Below, one piece after another: positions 6,891-16,758 of a DNA stretch of 64,000 nucleotides. The DNA is taken from IMG/VR virus record IMGVR_UViG_3300017725_000001, positions 1 through 64,000 of that record. One strand, given 5' to 3'. Position numbers and translations under genes: made by a program. The notes below the pieces were generated by a model that saw nothing but the letters and a program-made list of their open reading frames with translations, did not search any database and had not been told where the DNA came from. Numbering within the stretch: position 1 is the first letter of the stretch; the number at the start of each line of letters is the position of its first letter. The stretch comes from a virus.

Positions 6891-8677
6891 TTCTTAATAT
6901 CTTTTAATATTGTGTTATACACTTCTTGTAATACTTTTTCATCTGCTCTTGATATAAGTTCTTTTAGTTCTAAAGATGCATCATCAGCAAATATTTGTTC
7001 AATTTTCTTTTTAACAACACCTTCGCCTTCCATATAACTTGTACCTGGCCAACTTCCGGTGCTTTTCATTTCAGCAACAATTTTATTTACTAATTCTTTT
7101 TTTTCTTTCTTTGCCGCTGATCTCTCTTTACTATTTAGTTCCCATTGAACCTTGTTGACTACATACTTACGTTCGCCGGTTTTAATGTCTACTGTATATT
7201 CTTCACCCTTCTCGTCTTTAAAAATTTCTGGTGGAGTATCTTTAGATTCAAGATATCCTTCTGATTCAGTATCTTTAGCAAGTGCCTCAAGAATTTCTTT
7301 ATCTTCTTCTTGAATTTTTTCTGCTATTTCGAGTGTTTGTTCCAAAACTTTATCTTGTACATCAGACTCTTTGGTAGTCTCTGGCTCGATCTCAATATCT
7401 GTATCATCTTCTCTGATGTTGCTGTCTTCGCTAGATTCAGTTTGTTCTTCTTGTACTGTTTTTTCATTTAAGATTTTTGTTTTCTTGCCCGGCCTGGGAT
7501 ACCTTTCTACCAATATAATACCTGAGATAACAAGTACAATGGCCAACGGATCGAAAACACAAACAAGAATTAACATAACAAATCTAACGGCATCTTCTAA
7601 CATATTTCTTGTTGCTTCGTCACCGTAAATTAATTCTGCAATGTATTTAACCGGGCCAACTTCTGCTTCTAATTGTCTGCTTTCGCCTTCTAACGCAATT
7701 TTCTTGCTATATAGATCGCCAAGCTCTACATTAGATGCTTTGATATTATCTCTTAATGCAATTATTTCTTCTGTACTATCTTCAACCTGTCCCTGGCCTA
7801 ATTGTGCTCTGAGTCTAGTAATTAACTCATTTGAGTCAGCAATTTGTTGTTCAGCTAGTGCTCTTAGTCTCTTGATCTCATTTCTAGCATCAACAATTAC
7901 TGGATCTTCTTGTGTTTTTATGTTGTTTATAATTTTTAAAATTTCGTCTTTACGTTCATCTTTAGCTTGTCTAAACTCTTTAACTGCTTTAGCAGTTCTA
8001 CTACCATATCTACCATCTTGTCTAGCACCAATCATGCCTTGTAGCTTCTTAATATTTTCTGTTGCTACATACATATCTATTAGTTCTAAGTCTTTTTGAA
8101 TTTTATCTAATTCACGAGTGTATGGCTCTATAGTTTTTTCTCTATCAGCTAATTGCTTTTCTATACGTTCATTTAATTCTTCAATAGAAGGATTAACACC
8201 ATCATATGCAGTATTAATTCTTTCTTGCTCTTGATTAATTTTATCTTGTATTGTAGTATCAATTTTATCATCTTTATTTTCAAAGTTTGAAATCTTTGTC
8301 TCAAATCTAACTACATCTTGTTTAATTCTAACAATACTGTCTTCTATAATCTCTATTTGAGCTACGTTCTCTGTGGCTAGACTTGTTTGCTGGATATGAG
8401 CTTTACTTAAAAAGCCAAATATACCCATACTCGTGATAAACATGAGCAACAGTACTGCCACGGAGAGATACGTTCTAATAAGAATGGGTGCCTGTCGCCA
8501 ATGTAAATGTAACCATACTGCCGACGTTAGTTTACCAATTTCTAGTACGGAACCCATGATAATAATAGGTATCATAGCCGCGGAGAATATAGCAACCAAG
8601 CCAACGATACTGTAGTAGGCCGCTACTGCACTAATTGCCAGAGCCACTAATATTGTCCAATAACCAAAATACCTCAT
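6887..8677 (-). CDS. Membrane-anchored coiled-coil protein with a peptidoglycan-binding-like motif
   Basis: 3 N-terminal TMs, long coiled coil, IKKLQ..IG..QDGRYGSRTAKAVKEF (PG_binding_1-like), one further TM, acidic tail. Confidence 0.7.
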   Translation of the reverse strand: MRYFGYWTILVALAISAVAAYYSIVGLVAIFSAAMIPIIIMGSVLEIGKLTSAVWLHLHWRQAPILIRTYLSVAVLLLMFITSMGIFGFLSKAHIQQTSLATENVAQIEIIEDSIVRIKQDVVRFETKISNFENKDDKIDTTIQDKINQEQERINTAYDGVNPSIEELNERIEKQLADREKTIEPYTRELDKIQKDLELIDMYVATENIKKLQGMIGARQDGRYGSRTAKAVKEFRQAKDERKDEILKIINNIKTQEDPVIVDARNEIKRLRALAEQQIADSNELITRLRAQLGQGQVEDSTEEIIALRDNIKASNVELGDLYSKKIALEGESRQLEAEVGPVKYIAELIYGDEATRNMLEDAVRFVMLILVCVFDPLAIVLVISGIILVERYPRPGKKTKILNEKTVQEEQTESSEDSNIREDDTDIEIEPETTKESDVQDKVLEQTLEIAEKIQEEDKEILEALAKDTESEGYLESKDTPPEIFKDEKGEEYTVDIKTGERKYVVNKVQWELNSKERSAAKKEKKELVNKIVAEMKSTGSWPGTSYMEGEGVVKKKIEQIFADDASLELKELISRADEKVLQEVYNTILKDIKK

Positions 8678-8680
8678 ATA

Positions 8681-9040
8681 TTATTTCCCTTGAATAGTAT
8701 ACTTTACTGCATGGCCTTCTGTGACCATCAGTTCGTTAACGTTTACTTCTTTACCTGTGTCTTTTTCTGTTATGAATATAGTTCCTAACACTCTACCATA
8801 CTTTCCTCGCTTATTAAGGATAGTAATAATTTTAAACTGTCTTGGTAACAATTCTGTTAAACGTTGTTTTGCTTCTAAACCTTTTTGTTTAGTATTAGAG
8901 TCAGCGGATCTGCTATCTGGAGTACCAACTCCATACAACTTTAGTCGTTGTCTAACAGATAAATCAAACCCTAGATCTATTTCTAAATCTACAGTATCTC
9001 CATCTATTACTCTAATTAATCTAGCATTATAGGTATACAT
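8681..9040 (-). CDS. Staphylococcal nuclease (SNase)-fold protein
   Basis: RVIDGDTVD and GKYGRVLG; GVGTPD in place of GIDTPE. Confidence 0.75.
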   Translation of the reverse strand: MYTYNARLIRVIDGDTVDLEIDLGFDLSVRQRLKLYGVGTPDSRSADSNTKQKGLEAKQRLTELLPRQFKIITILNKRGKYGRVLGTIFITEKDTGKEVNVNELMVTEGHAVKYTIQGK

Positions 9041-9117
9041 ATAATTTCACATTTCTTTTAATAACATAGATATAGTCTATGCCATGTATTTATTCAATAT
9101 TTAAGATTTAAAAACTA

Positions 9118-9705
9118 CTATGTTTTGCGAGAAACTACTTTATCTGCTAAACCAAAGGCAACTGCCTCGTCTGCACTTAGATAATTGTCTCTCTCCATAG
9201 CTTTTGATAGTTCATCATACGACTTATTAGCAGTATTATGCTTTTCATAGATTTTTGTTAAATTTTCTTTTATTTTAATAATCTCTTTTACTTGTATTTC
9301 CATGTCAGTAGCCTGCCCACCTGCACCACCACTTGGTTGGTGTATCATAGTTCTAGCATTAGGTAATATATTACGTTTACCTGGCTCACCTGCCATTGCA
9401 AGGAAACTACCCATACTACAAGCCTGCCCTATTACGATTGTACTTACTGGAGATTTAATAAATTGCATCGTATCATAAATTGCAAGACCTGATGTTACTG
9501 CACCTCCAGGACTATTGATATAAAAATTAATATCTTCTGCGTTGTTTTGTGACTCACAAAATAGCATTTGTGCTACTACTAATTGAGCTGAATGATCGTT
9601 AACTTCGCCATTAAGCATTACAATTCGATCTTTAAGCAAACGACTGTAAATGTCGTATGCACGTTCACCGCGACCTGTTGTTTCTATTACTGTTGGTATA
9701 AGCAT
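9118..9705 (-). CDS. clpP: Clp protease proteolytic subunit ClpP
   Basis: [28 protein letters not shown] (Ser), MIHQP (His), RDNY (Asp). Confidence 0.96.
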   Translation of the reverse strand: MLIPTVIETTGRGERAYDIYSRLLKDRIVMLNGEVNDHSAQLVVAQMLFCESQNNAEDINFYINSPGGAVTSGLAIYDTMQFIKSPVSTIVIGQACSMGSFLAMAGEPGKRNILPNARTMIHQPSGGAGGQATDMEIQVKEIIKIKENLTKIYEKHNTANKSYDELSKAMERDNYLSADEAVAFGLADKVVSRKT

Positions 9706-9713
9706 TTTATCTC

Positions 9714-10595
9714 CTATTGTTTATATCTTGCTTGTAAATCAAATATTATACTATATCTAGTATTTAAGTCTTTACCTGGGTTATGTTGCATTCCGTGGTA
9801 TGTTGGTATTAGTCCACTACGTTCTGCATTTTCTCCAAACATCCATAGCATCTTATTTCCAGCTAATTGATGTATAAGTTCCCATTTATTTGACTTTGTA
9901 TTCTTAGCTCTAAACTCAGCATAATTTTCACCTAAATGTAAACCACCTAACGTTTCATCACAATGTTCGTCACCAAATCTTTCTGTGTTGAACTTCCTAT
10001 GTTGAACTCTATTTTGTTCTGTGGCTATAGGAGTATTATACTGTATTATCATAAGTTTGTAAAGTAATTTCTCAATTAAATCAAGTTGGTCTGAATAACA
10101 TTCATACAAATAGTGTTCTAATACCGGTTTAAAAGCTTCATGCATACCCGTAAAATAGCTTATAGCTTCTGTGGTATGTTGTAGCCCATCTTTAGTCCAA
10201 TCGTAAATATACGCCTTTCTACGTTGCACGTAATCGCCTATATTCACCTCACTATCCCAATCATGTGGACCAACCATATAATCATCATCATAACTTAGAG
10301 CTGATCCTGAATATTTTTTTGAATAACTCTTTTCTGGTATTTCTGGGTCCTGCCAATCTTGGTATTGTTTTTCTTTATTTACTTTATCAAAAAGATCTTT
10401 ATCTAATTCTTTGAATAATTTATCTGCCATTTCCCATCTATTGTTATAGGTAGTAGATAGCAAGTGTGAGTCAACCATTGGCCACTCACCTGTGTCTTGA
10501 TATGCAAATATATCTTCTAATGAAATTAGATTATGACTTGTCACTGTGAACCTCGATGGGACGAATTTCTTCATTACCATCTTTGGTTCGAACAA
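9714..10595 (-). CDS. Putative 2OG-Fe(II) oxygenase (IPNS-like)
   Basis: HCD...H (PTYHG)...RYS facial triad plus RxS motif. Confidence 0.65.
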   Translation of the reverse strand: MFEPKMVMKKFVPSRFTVTSHNLISLEDIFAYQDTGEWPMVDSHLLSTTYNNRWEMADKLFKELDKDLFDKVNKEKQYQDWQDPEIPEKSYSKKYSGSALSYDDDYMVGPHDWDSEVNIGDYVQRRKAYIYDWTKDGLQHTTEAISYFTGMHEAFKPVLEHYLYECYSDQLDLIEKLLYKLMIIQYNTPIATEQNRVQHRKFNTERFGDEHCDETLGGLHLGENYAEFRAKNTKSNKWELIHQLAGNKMLWMFGENAERSGLIPTYHGMQHNPGKDLNTRYSIIFDLQARYKQ

Positions 10596-10740
10596 TTCTT
10601 ATCTTATTGTCAGCTTCTAATAACCTTAATGTAAGTTCCATACCTTGCATTACACCTTCACGATGCCCACTTCTAAAATTGAAATAAGCACAGGCAATGG
10701 TAAATGCAACTAGAACGATAGTCATCTCTATTGATATCAT
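10531..10740 (-). CDS. Small membrane protein, probably leaderless
   Basis: One N-terminal TM; GATAAATA-N5-ATG at 10753-10738. Confidence 0.55.
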   Translation of the reverse strand: MISIEMTIVLVAFTIACAYFNFRSGHREGVMQGMELTLRLLEADNKIRIVRTKDGNEEIRPIEVHSDKS

Positions 10741-10856
10741 ATTAATATTTATCCCTATTTTTTGTGTCTTTGAATACATGGTATAGTATTGCTACCAACC
10801 ATACTAATAAAGTTATCTGCAATTCAATACGTGCTGACACAAATATATCAAAAATT

Positions 10857-11372
10857 TCAATCATGAATTTCCATAAGTTGAAGGTTAGCTTTCATATATA
10901 GATCTGTGCCATGTACTTTATCCATAGCTTCTAATAGATTTATTTTTTCTTTTATATAAACTTCAGCAAATTTTGGATCATGCTCAACTATTGATTTTGT
11001 GTTGTCAATAAGATCTGCTAGTTTAATCATTTGTGCTTCTTTACTAGCCATACCCAAACGTTTAGCTTCAATAGCCTTACGTATTGCTCTGTTGCCATCT
11101 TCTGGTTTAGTTACATCAGTTAATTCTACAACTAACTTAAAAACTTTCCAACCAAATTCTTCAGCAATTTGCTCTCTGGTTACATTAGTATCTTCAACTG
11201 TATCATGTAAAAGGGCCGCGGCAATCATTTCTTTTGTACCGCCAAATGCCGCAACAATTTCAGAAACGGCAATAGGGTGAACAATATAATCATCACCTGT
11301 GTACTTCCGTTTCTGGTTTACTGCGGCGTGTGCCGCAGTAGAAAATTTAAGTGCTCTATCAATCAATTGCAT
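10857..11372 (-). CDS. HD-domain small alarmone hydrolase (Mesh1/SpoT-HD-like)
   Basis: AH..QKRKY.G..YIVHP, AALLHDTVEDT, IKLADLIDN; start MQLI after AGAGGA. Confidence 0.85.
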   Translation of the reverse strand: MQLIDRALKFSTAAHAAVNQKRKYTGDDYIVHPIAVSEIVAAFGGTKEMIAAALLHDTVEDTNVTREQIAEEFGWKVFKLVVELTDVTKPEDGNRAIRKAIEAKRLGMASKEAQMIKLADLIDNTKSIVEHDPKFAEVYIKEKINLLEAMDKVHGTDLYMKANLQLMEIHD

Positions 11373-11377
11373 ATCCT

Positions 11378-11713
11378 CTAGTTTAAGTAAAGTGGGCCTG
11401 TCCATCTAACAGTATATCCACCATCTAAAATATTACCTCTTGGAGCATTAAGTGCAGGAGCATTCCAACCTGCCGCTTTAAGAATATCACCTTTTTTAAA
11501 ATGTTTGAAGTCTACTTTAGATATAAAACCCCAAACACTATTTTCTCTAATAATCTTGATGTATTTCTTACCTTCTTTAACTTGAATGTTATCTTCCATT
11601 GAATCAACTACACCTTGACTATAACTACTCATTTCTTTTGTCCCATTTGAAGTAGTCCAATTAATGTAGTCTGTTTTAATTGCTTGGATTAAAGTGTCTA
11701 TTTCTTTTTGCAT
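11378..11713 (-). CDS. Conserved phage early hypothetical protein
   Basis: GKKYIKI..VWGF..GDILKAAGWNAPA..RGNI..WTGP.YL pattern; directly behind a repeated early promoter. Confidence 0.7.
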   Translation of the reverse strand: MQKEIDTLIQAIKTDYINWTTSNGTKEMSSYSQGVVDSMEDNIQVKEGKKYIKIIRENSVWGFISKVDFKHFKKGDILKAAGWNAPALNAPRGNILDGGYTVRWTGPLYLN

Positions 11714-11728
11714 TTATATTCTCCTTTG

Positions 11729-11776
11729 TTTCTAACTATACTTATATAATAAGACATCTTGGTATAAATGTCAACC
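11729..11776 (-). promoter_or_regulatory. Repeated 48-bp early sigma70 promoter cassette, copy 1
   Basis: TTGACA-N17-TATTAT with conserved spacer ACCAAGATGTCT and leader TATAGTTAGAAA. Confidence 0.8.
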
Positions 11777-11812
11777 TTTTAATCAAAAAAAGTTAAATAA
11801 AAAACCCTTTAA

Positions 11813-11974
11813 TTACAAGGGTTTTCTCATCCTTTCAAGTTTTTTTGTAATTTTTGATGCAGTTTGCATCCAGAAATTGTAAGCCCAAGTGTCTTTTTTT
11901 GACATATTTGCCGCTTTTATACAATTAGCTACTCTTTTTTTATATAGCTGAATTGTTTCATTAGTTATTTCCAT
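11813..11974 (-). CDS. Hypothetical protein (53 aa, below ORF-track cutoff)
   Basis: MEITNETIQLYKKRVANC...; AAGGAG SD. Confidence 0.55.
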   Translation of the reverse strand: MEITNETIQLYKKRVANCIKAANMSKKDTWAYNFWMQTASKITKKLERMRKPL

Positions 11975-12122
11975 CTTCTTGCTCCTTAATATAATGATGT
12001 GGATATGCTTTTGGTCTTTTTTCTTTAATCAATTCCATATAGGCTTCAGCTTCATTTTTGGTTGCAAATTGTGCTACTGCAACTTCATCATGAATACGTG
12101 GTATATAAATTATTTGAAACAT
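11961..12122 (-). CDS. Hypothetical protein (53 aa, below ORF-track cutoff)
   Basis: MFQIIYIPRIHDEVAVAQF...; AGGAG SD. Confidence 0.55.
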   Translation of the reverse strand: MFQIIYIPRIHDEVAVAQFATKNEAEAYMELIKEKRPKAYPHHYIKEQEDGNN

Positions 12123-12130
12123 TTTTTCTC

Positions 12131-12487
12131 CTATTTCCATTTATAATTTTCGTTAAAGTATTTGTCAACTTTGACCGGGTCTCCACCCTGCTCTTTACAA
12201 GACTTTATAAAATGTTCTACTAGTTTACCTGCATATTCTCTATATGGAGGTATAGATTTATCCATAGCTTCTCGTACTACCGGTTGAGGTATATTTGCTA
12301 TAATCATTGTAGGTTGATCTAACAATCTCAAATAATCACCTGCCTTGCACATATCATTCTGTATCTTGTGTGCTTCAGGTGTAGGATCAAATTTCTTGTC
12401 ATCTTCTTTTAGCAATCGCCTTGATTCATCTACTAAACGACACATTAATGTTCCAAAATAATTACCTGTTGTTATATCAAATTGCAT
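12131..12487 (-). CDS. Hypothetical protein
   Basis: Start MQFDI overlaps the upstream stop. Confidence 0.55.
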   Translation of the reverse strand: MQFDITTGNYFGTLMCRLVDESRRLLKEDDKKFDPTPEAHKIQNDMCKAGDYLRLLDQPTMIIANIPQPVVREAMDKSIPPYREYAGKLVEHFIKSCKEQGGDPVKVDKYFNENYKWK

Positions 12488-12837
12488 TAATCTTCTTTCT
12501 TCCATCTAAAGTCATCTGATGTCCATTCAGGGTCATCATAATATATTCCTTCGCTATCTTCATAAGGAACACATTCTTCTATTTTCTTTGTGCTATATAA
12601 ATCTTGTGAATAGTCTGTATTCCAATCATTAGCATATACTGATACTTCTTCGCCTTCATGGAATCCATCTTTCCATTCAATTTTTTCAATACCGCCTTCT
12701 TCTAATACAGCCTCTTCAGCTTCATCTTTAGAATTAGCTACTACATCATACTCTACCCATATGTTATAGTTTTGTCTTATTCTATATTTCTTTTTACCAA
12801 TATCCTGGTGTGGATTATCTTTGCTATAGTCTTTCAT
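12487..12837 (-). CDS. Hypothetical acidic protein
   Basis: 116-aa ORF coupled to the ligase gene. Confidence 0.6.
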   Translation of the reverse strand: MKDYSKDNPHQDIGKKKYRIRQNYNIWVEYDVVANSKDEAEEAVLEEGGIEKIEWKDGFHEGEEVSVYANDWNTDYSQDLYSTKKIEECVPYEDSEGIYYDDPEWTSDDFRWKKED

Positions 12838-13949
12838 TAGTCCTCCCTTTGTCCTTTTCCATAATCAACTATTACAGGAAATCTTGGAACACCATCTGGA
12901 GTATAATCAAAAAATCTACAAGTAGCCCAGTCTGGAGCATCTTTAGATTCCCATAAAGCCTTTAATTGTGCTTGTTGTCCTCTTATACCACTTCCAAACT
13001 TTCTTCCATCTGGAAGTTCTAGCATAAACCTTTTTGCATATCCAGCCCAATTACCTGAGCCTTCTAACATTTCAACAACCTTATATTCTTCAGATTTGAA
13101 CTCTTTTCTTTTTAGCAAGTTCTTACTTCTTTTGTTTTCATAAGGTGTATTATTTCTAACCATTTGTCCTTCGTAACCATTTTCCATATAATCACTATAA
13201 CAAACATCAAGCTCTTCTTGTGTCTCACAAATATCTGTTCTTACAGGTCTAATAATATCTGATCTAAGAGACTTTAATACTTTAACTCTATCTACAAAAT
13301 TAGCAGTAGGATTATTACTATCAAAACAATCATATATATGATATTGTACCAACTCAGCACTTTCAGCAATCTCTTCTGGTCTACATTTTACTTTTCTAAC
13401 AAGACTTGTAATTTTATTAAAATCTGCTTTTAATTCATGATTATAAAGTTCACCATCTATAATCATATTTGGATTATCTTCAATAAACTTTTTTAATGAT
13501 TCAAGAATATGAGGACAACTATTAATTGGCTTTCCAGCTCTAGTCCACATTCCATTTTTATCAACTACACATCTAATACCATCTAGCTTTGGCTGACTGT
13601 ATCCACTACTTTGTGGTCTTTTAGTATAGTCATGTGCCAACATAGGCTTAAACTTTTCATAGCTATCAATTTTATTTACATCTGTAAAATATTCTTTTTC
13701 AGCTTTCTTATCCCATAAAGCCTTTGCTTCTGCTTCTGCTTGTGTTAATGCAGTAGTGGCATTTACTTTGCCAACATTTTTAGGAGTGCTTAGGTTCCAT
13801 TCACTGGTAACTTTTTGACCATCTTGTGTACCACTAATAGTTCTTGTACCAGCAGTATCACCTGTGTATCCATATTCAACTTCCCATATACGAACTTTAC
13901 CTGTTGTATCTCTTTTATATAAAGTTTCTAGTTTTGTAATGTTTTCCAC
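12837..13949 (-). CDS. Minimal ATP-dependent DNA ligase with WGR-like N-terminal domain
   Basis: QPKLDGIR (motif I), DGELY, YHIYD, GYEGQMVR, KRSKNLLKRK, PRFP. Confidence 0.9.
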   Translation of the reverse strand: MENITKLETLYKRDTTGKVRIWEVEYGYTGDTAGTRTISGTQDGQKVTSEWNLSTPKNVGKVNATTALTQAEAEAKALWDKKAEKEYFTDVNKIDSYEKFKPMLAHDYTKRPQSSGYSQPKLDGIRCVVDKNGMWTRAGKPINSCPHILESLKKFIEDNPNMIIDGELYNHELKADFNKITSLVRKVKCRPEEIAESAELVQYHIYDCFDSNNPTANFVDRVKVLKSLRSDIIRPVRTDICETQEELDVCYSDYMENGYEGQMVRNNTPYENKRSKNLLKRKEFKSEEYKVVEMLEGSGNWAGYAKRFMLELPDGRKFGSGIRGQQAQLKALWESKDAPDWATCRFFDYTPDGVPRFPVIVDYGKGQRED

Positions 13950-14212
13950 TAAACAATCTCCCCATAGTAATTTTTGTTATACCAAATATCTCCATTTGGT
14001 GTCTTAGCTGGACCGTGTACTGCATATTCCATTGGATCAGTATTAAATTTACTTTCCAGAATTTCGTGTGCTCTTTTAGCAGTCTTAAAAGGACCTGCTA
14101 CAACATCACTTGAAATAAGTTCAAATCCATCACCAGGTATATCTCCCCAATTCATTGAACTTACATAAAAACCTTTTTTAACCAAATATGGATTAATTTT
14201 AAAATGTCTCAT
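13949..14212 (-). CDS. Hypothetical protein
   Basis: 87-aa ORF in an early operon. Confidence 0.55.
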   Translation of the reverse strand: MRHFKINPYLVKKGFYVSSMNWGDIPGDGFELISSDVVAGPFKTAKRAHEILESKFNTDPMEYAVHGPAKTPNGDIWYNKNYYGEIV

Positions 14213-14439
14213 TATTGTGCCTCCATATAAGTTTCAGTAATATCACCTTTTTCAATTAATTCATCTTGTATTTCTTGAGCAGTATAATCAGCAAATCCGC
14301 TTTCCTGTCTCCAATCAATTTCATCTTCTATATTATGCATTCTCATAACGTCTTTTGTACCGATTCCACCTAAACCTAATTTAAGTTCGTTTAACTCTCC
14401 CCTTAAATCTTCCATTTCCATTTGTTCTACTGTTTTCAT
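14212..14439 (-). CDS. Hypothetical acidic protein
   Basis: AAGGAG SD; first gene after early promoter copy 2. Confidence 0.6.
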   Translation of the reverse strand: MKTVEQMEMEDLRGELNELKLGLGGIGTKDVMRMHNIEDEIDWRQESGFADYTAQEIQDELIEKGDITETYMEAQ

Positions 14440-14451
14440 ATATTCTCCTTT

Positions 14452-14499
14452 TTTCTAACTATACATATATAATAAGACATCTTGGTATAAAAGTCAACC
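14452..14499 (-). promoter_or_regulatory. Repeated 48-bp early sigma70 promoter cassette, copy 2
   Basis: TTGACT-N17-TATTAT; near identical to 11729-11776. Confidence 0.8.
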
Positions 14500-14543
14500 A
14501 GAAAAAGAGAAAAAAATACCCTTATTTTATGCGATTTTTTGGA

Positions 14544-15647
14544 TTATTGCCAAGGAAATGTTTGAAATTTAGGTAGCATATCTTGTGGTTCAATATCATC
14601 TACCCATATTGGTTTTGGCTTGTATTGACCTTGTGGATCTACATATGCTATCATAACCTTTTTGCCAAGGTTATTTGTTTTTATTAAACTTATAAAATTA
14701 TTCAATAATTGTACTCTTGTTTTTAAACTGTAGTAAAACGCCGTAGCTTGATAATCAAATATATTGCTTAAATGTATATAAACGTTACCTACGTTATCAG
14801 CTATTGTTCTTACTAATTTTTCATTATCTTTAGTATTAAAGAAATCATGTTTGTAATAATTATATTCTATTCCAGGAAATTCAGAATCAAACCATAGATC
14901 AAAACCTTCTTGTTCATCTAGTAAGTATTGCATATCATTTTTCATCCTAGCACCACGTGTTATAAATGCTTCTTGATGTATACTAGGTGACATAGATTTA
15001 ATTAATTTGTCTACAAAACTTAAAACATCTTGTTGATGTCCATCCCATTCAGTAACCCAACGTTTTGCATTTATTAATGCTATGTTGCTTATATCTACAA
15101 CATCTACATTTGTACCTGCTCTAAAGTTTAAAGAAAATGGATACAGTATAGGATTTAATCCACCAGCACTTGTAATTAATTTTGTAAACTTAATATCTTT
15201 ATCTGCTGACATATAACGTCTAGCAAGATTTGCATTATCTGTATTTGCTACAAATGAAACTTGTAAATTTAACATATCAATTAATCTTGACATATTATTA
15301 GTATCTGGATTATTAAAGTCTAACACACCATCAAATGAACTAGGAAATATTACCGTACCAGTTTCTGCTTTTGATACCTCTGTCATAAACTGGCTAAAGT
15401 TAGGAAATACTTGTCCTTGCTTTATAACTAATACTCTTTTAAAACCATTTATGTCAGCTATATTTCTCAAGTCATCTACAGAGTCTCCAATGAATTGTTG
15501 TACTCCATAATCTTCTAATTGTTTATGATAATACTCAATTAAATTCTGAGAAAAGCCTTTCACAAAGCCATCTAGATCATCATGTAGGTGCCAACCTACA
15601 CATATATCTAAACTGTGTGCTTTTAAATTTTTTAAATGTTCTCTCAT
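14544..15647 (-). CDS. Hypothetical protein
   Basis: About 367-aa ORF; HLSNIF motif near the C-terminus. Confidence 0.6.
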   Translation of the reverse strand: MREHLKNLKAHSLDICVGWHLHDDLDGFVKGFSQNLIEYYHKQLEDYGVQQFIGDSVDDLRNIADINGFKRVLVIKQGQVFPNFSQFMTEVSKAETGTVIFPSSFDGVLDFNNPDTNNMSRLIDMLNLQVSFVANTDNANLARRYMSADKDIKFTKLITSAGGLNPILYPFSLNFRAGTNVDVVDISNIALINAKRWVTEWDGHQQDVLSFVDKLIKSMSPSIHQEAFITRGARMKNDMQYLLDEQEGFDLWFDSEFPGIEYNYYKHDFFNTKDNEKLVRTIADNVGNVYIHLSNIFDYQATAFYYSLKTRVQLLNNFISLIKTNNLGKKVMIAYVDPQGQYKPKPIWVDDIEPQDMLPKFQTFPWQ

Positions 15648-16027
15648 TCGTCCCAATGCATTTTGTTATTTTTCTGCCTAGAATACTCTATTTTTAATTT
15701 TAACATTTCTGCTACAGAAAATCTAAAGTTATATCTTTTAAAACTTACAGTTACATAACTTGCTGGTAAACGTGCTGGTCTAGGACCACAGTCATTGTAA
15801 TACCACCAAATCTTACCACAGTCTTTTGATTGCATACCTTGTATGCCATCTTCTGTTTTCCATTTAGCAAGTATTTCTTCAAATTGATCTTGTGTTACTG
15901 CAAAATTTGTAACTATGTAATCAGTAATTTTAAAAGATACTTTTACTTTCTTTTCTTCTTTAAAAAGATATATTTTAATTAAATCAGAAAATAAAACTAC
16001 GTTGTTATGATCTAAGATTGTATTCAT
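15644..16027 (-). CDS. Hypothetical protein
   Basis: 127-aa coupled ORF. Confidence 0.55.
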   Translation of the reverse strand: MNTILDHNNVVLFSDLIKIYLFKEEKKVKVSFKITDYIVTNFAVTQDQFEEILAKWKTEDGIQGMQSKDCGKIWWYYNDCGPRPARLPASYVTVSFKRYNFRFSVAEMLKLKIEYSRQKNNKMHWDE

Positions 16028-16757
16028 TTGTTAACTCTGTTGCTACTGTTTCATCAATCTCTTGATGAGTTTGAAAATCTTCATAATATTGATTTATCCA
16101 ATTTTGATCTGGTGCATCAATACCTATAGTTTTCCATAATGTATCTAAACCTTCTAGTGTTGTCCATTGACTTTGTTTAAGAATAATATCTCCTTCACAC
16201 TCGTCAATAAGATTGTTATAAGCCTTTTTAGATTGAAACTTATCTACTACTTCTTTTACTCCAGGCCATGCATGACTATCTGTACTATTATTATTATTTT
16301 TTGAGTCTAACATAAGAGTATTATATTCTCTTGCCGCCCAATGTACTACGTTTCCATCCCATTCGTCTATAGCAGTTCTAATCATAATAACAGGAAGTTC
16401 TCTACTCCACTTCCAAATGTCTTTATAATTTTGGGCGTGTAATAGTACTGCAATACTTTTATTATTAATTAAGTTTAATAGTCCATCTAATTGTGGTACT
16501 GTAATTTCCATGGTGTTTCTTATGTTGTAATTGTAATATTGACTGTCACCTCCTTCTATATTCCAATAATCATCATGTACTCTTATTTTACCTAAGATAC
16601 CAGGTTCGTGATCTATAGATTTGCCGTCAAGTTCATATGAAGCCCAATGTTCTCCTGCTTGACTTGTGCCATGTAGATTTGGACTGTTGTTTAGCAAATA
16701 AGGTACTTCCATTTGACTAAGACAGCTATGACTGCATACTAGATATAATGTGTTCAT
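16005..16757 (-). CDS. Hypothetical protein, possibly divergent sulfotransferase-like
   Basis: 250 aa; N-terminal strand-loop-helix resembling the ORFs at 18.8-22.7 kb. Confidence 0.45.
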   Translation of the reverse strand: MNTLYLVCSHSCLSQMEVPYLLNNSPNLHGTSQAGEHWASYELDGKSIDHEPGILGKIRVHDDYWNIEGGDSQYYNYNIRNTMEITVPQLDGLLNLINNKSIAVLLHAQNYKDIWKWSRELPVIMIRTAIDEWDGNVVHWAAREYNTLMLDSKNNNNSTDSHAWPGVKEVVDKFQSKKAYNNLIDECEGDIILKQSQWTTLEGLDTLWKTIGIDAPDQNWINQYYEDFQTHQEIDETVATELTNEYNLRS

Positions 16758-16758
16758 T

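Noticed and set aside
1700-9705. Bacterial chromosomal origin or contamination for the guaC/clp/infC/rpsU block
   Set aside because: Same strand, composition and phage-type promoter boxes as the virion genes; the gene order is not bacterial.
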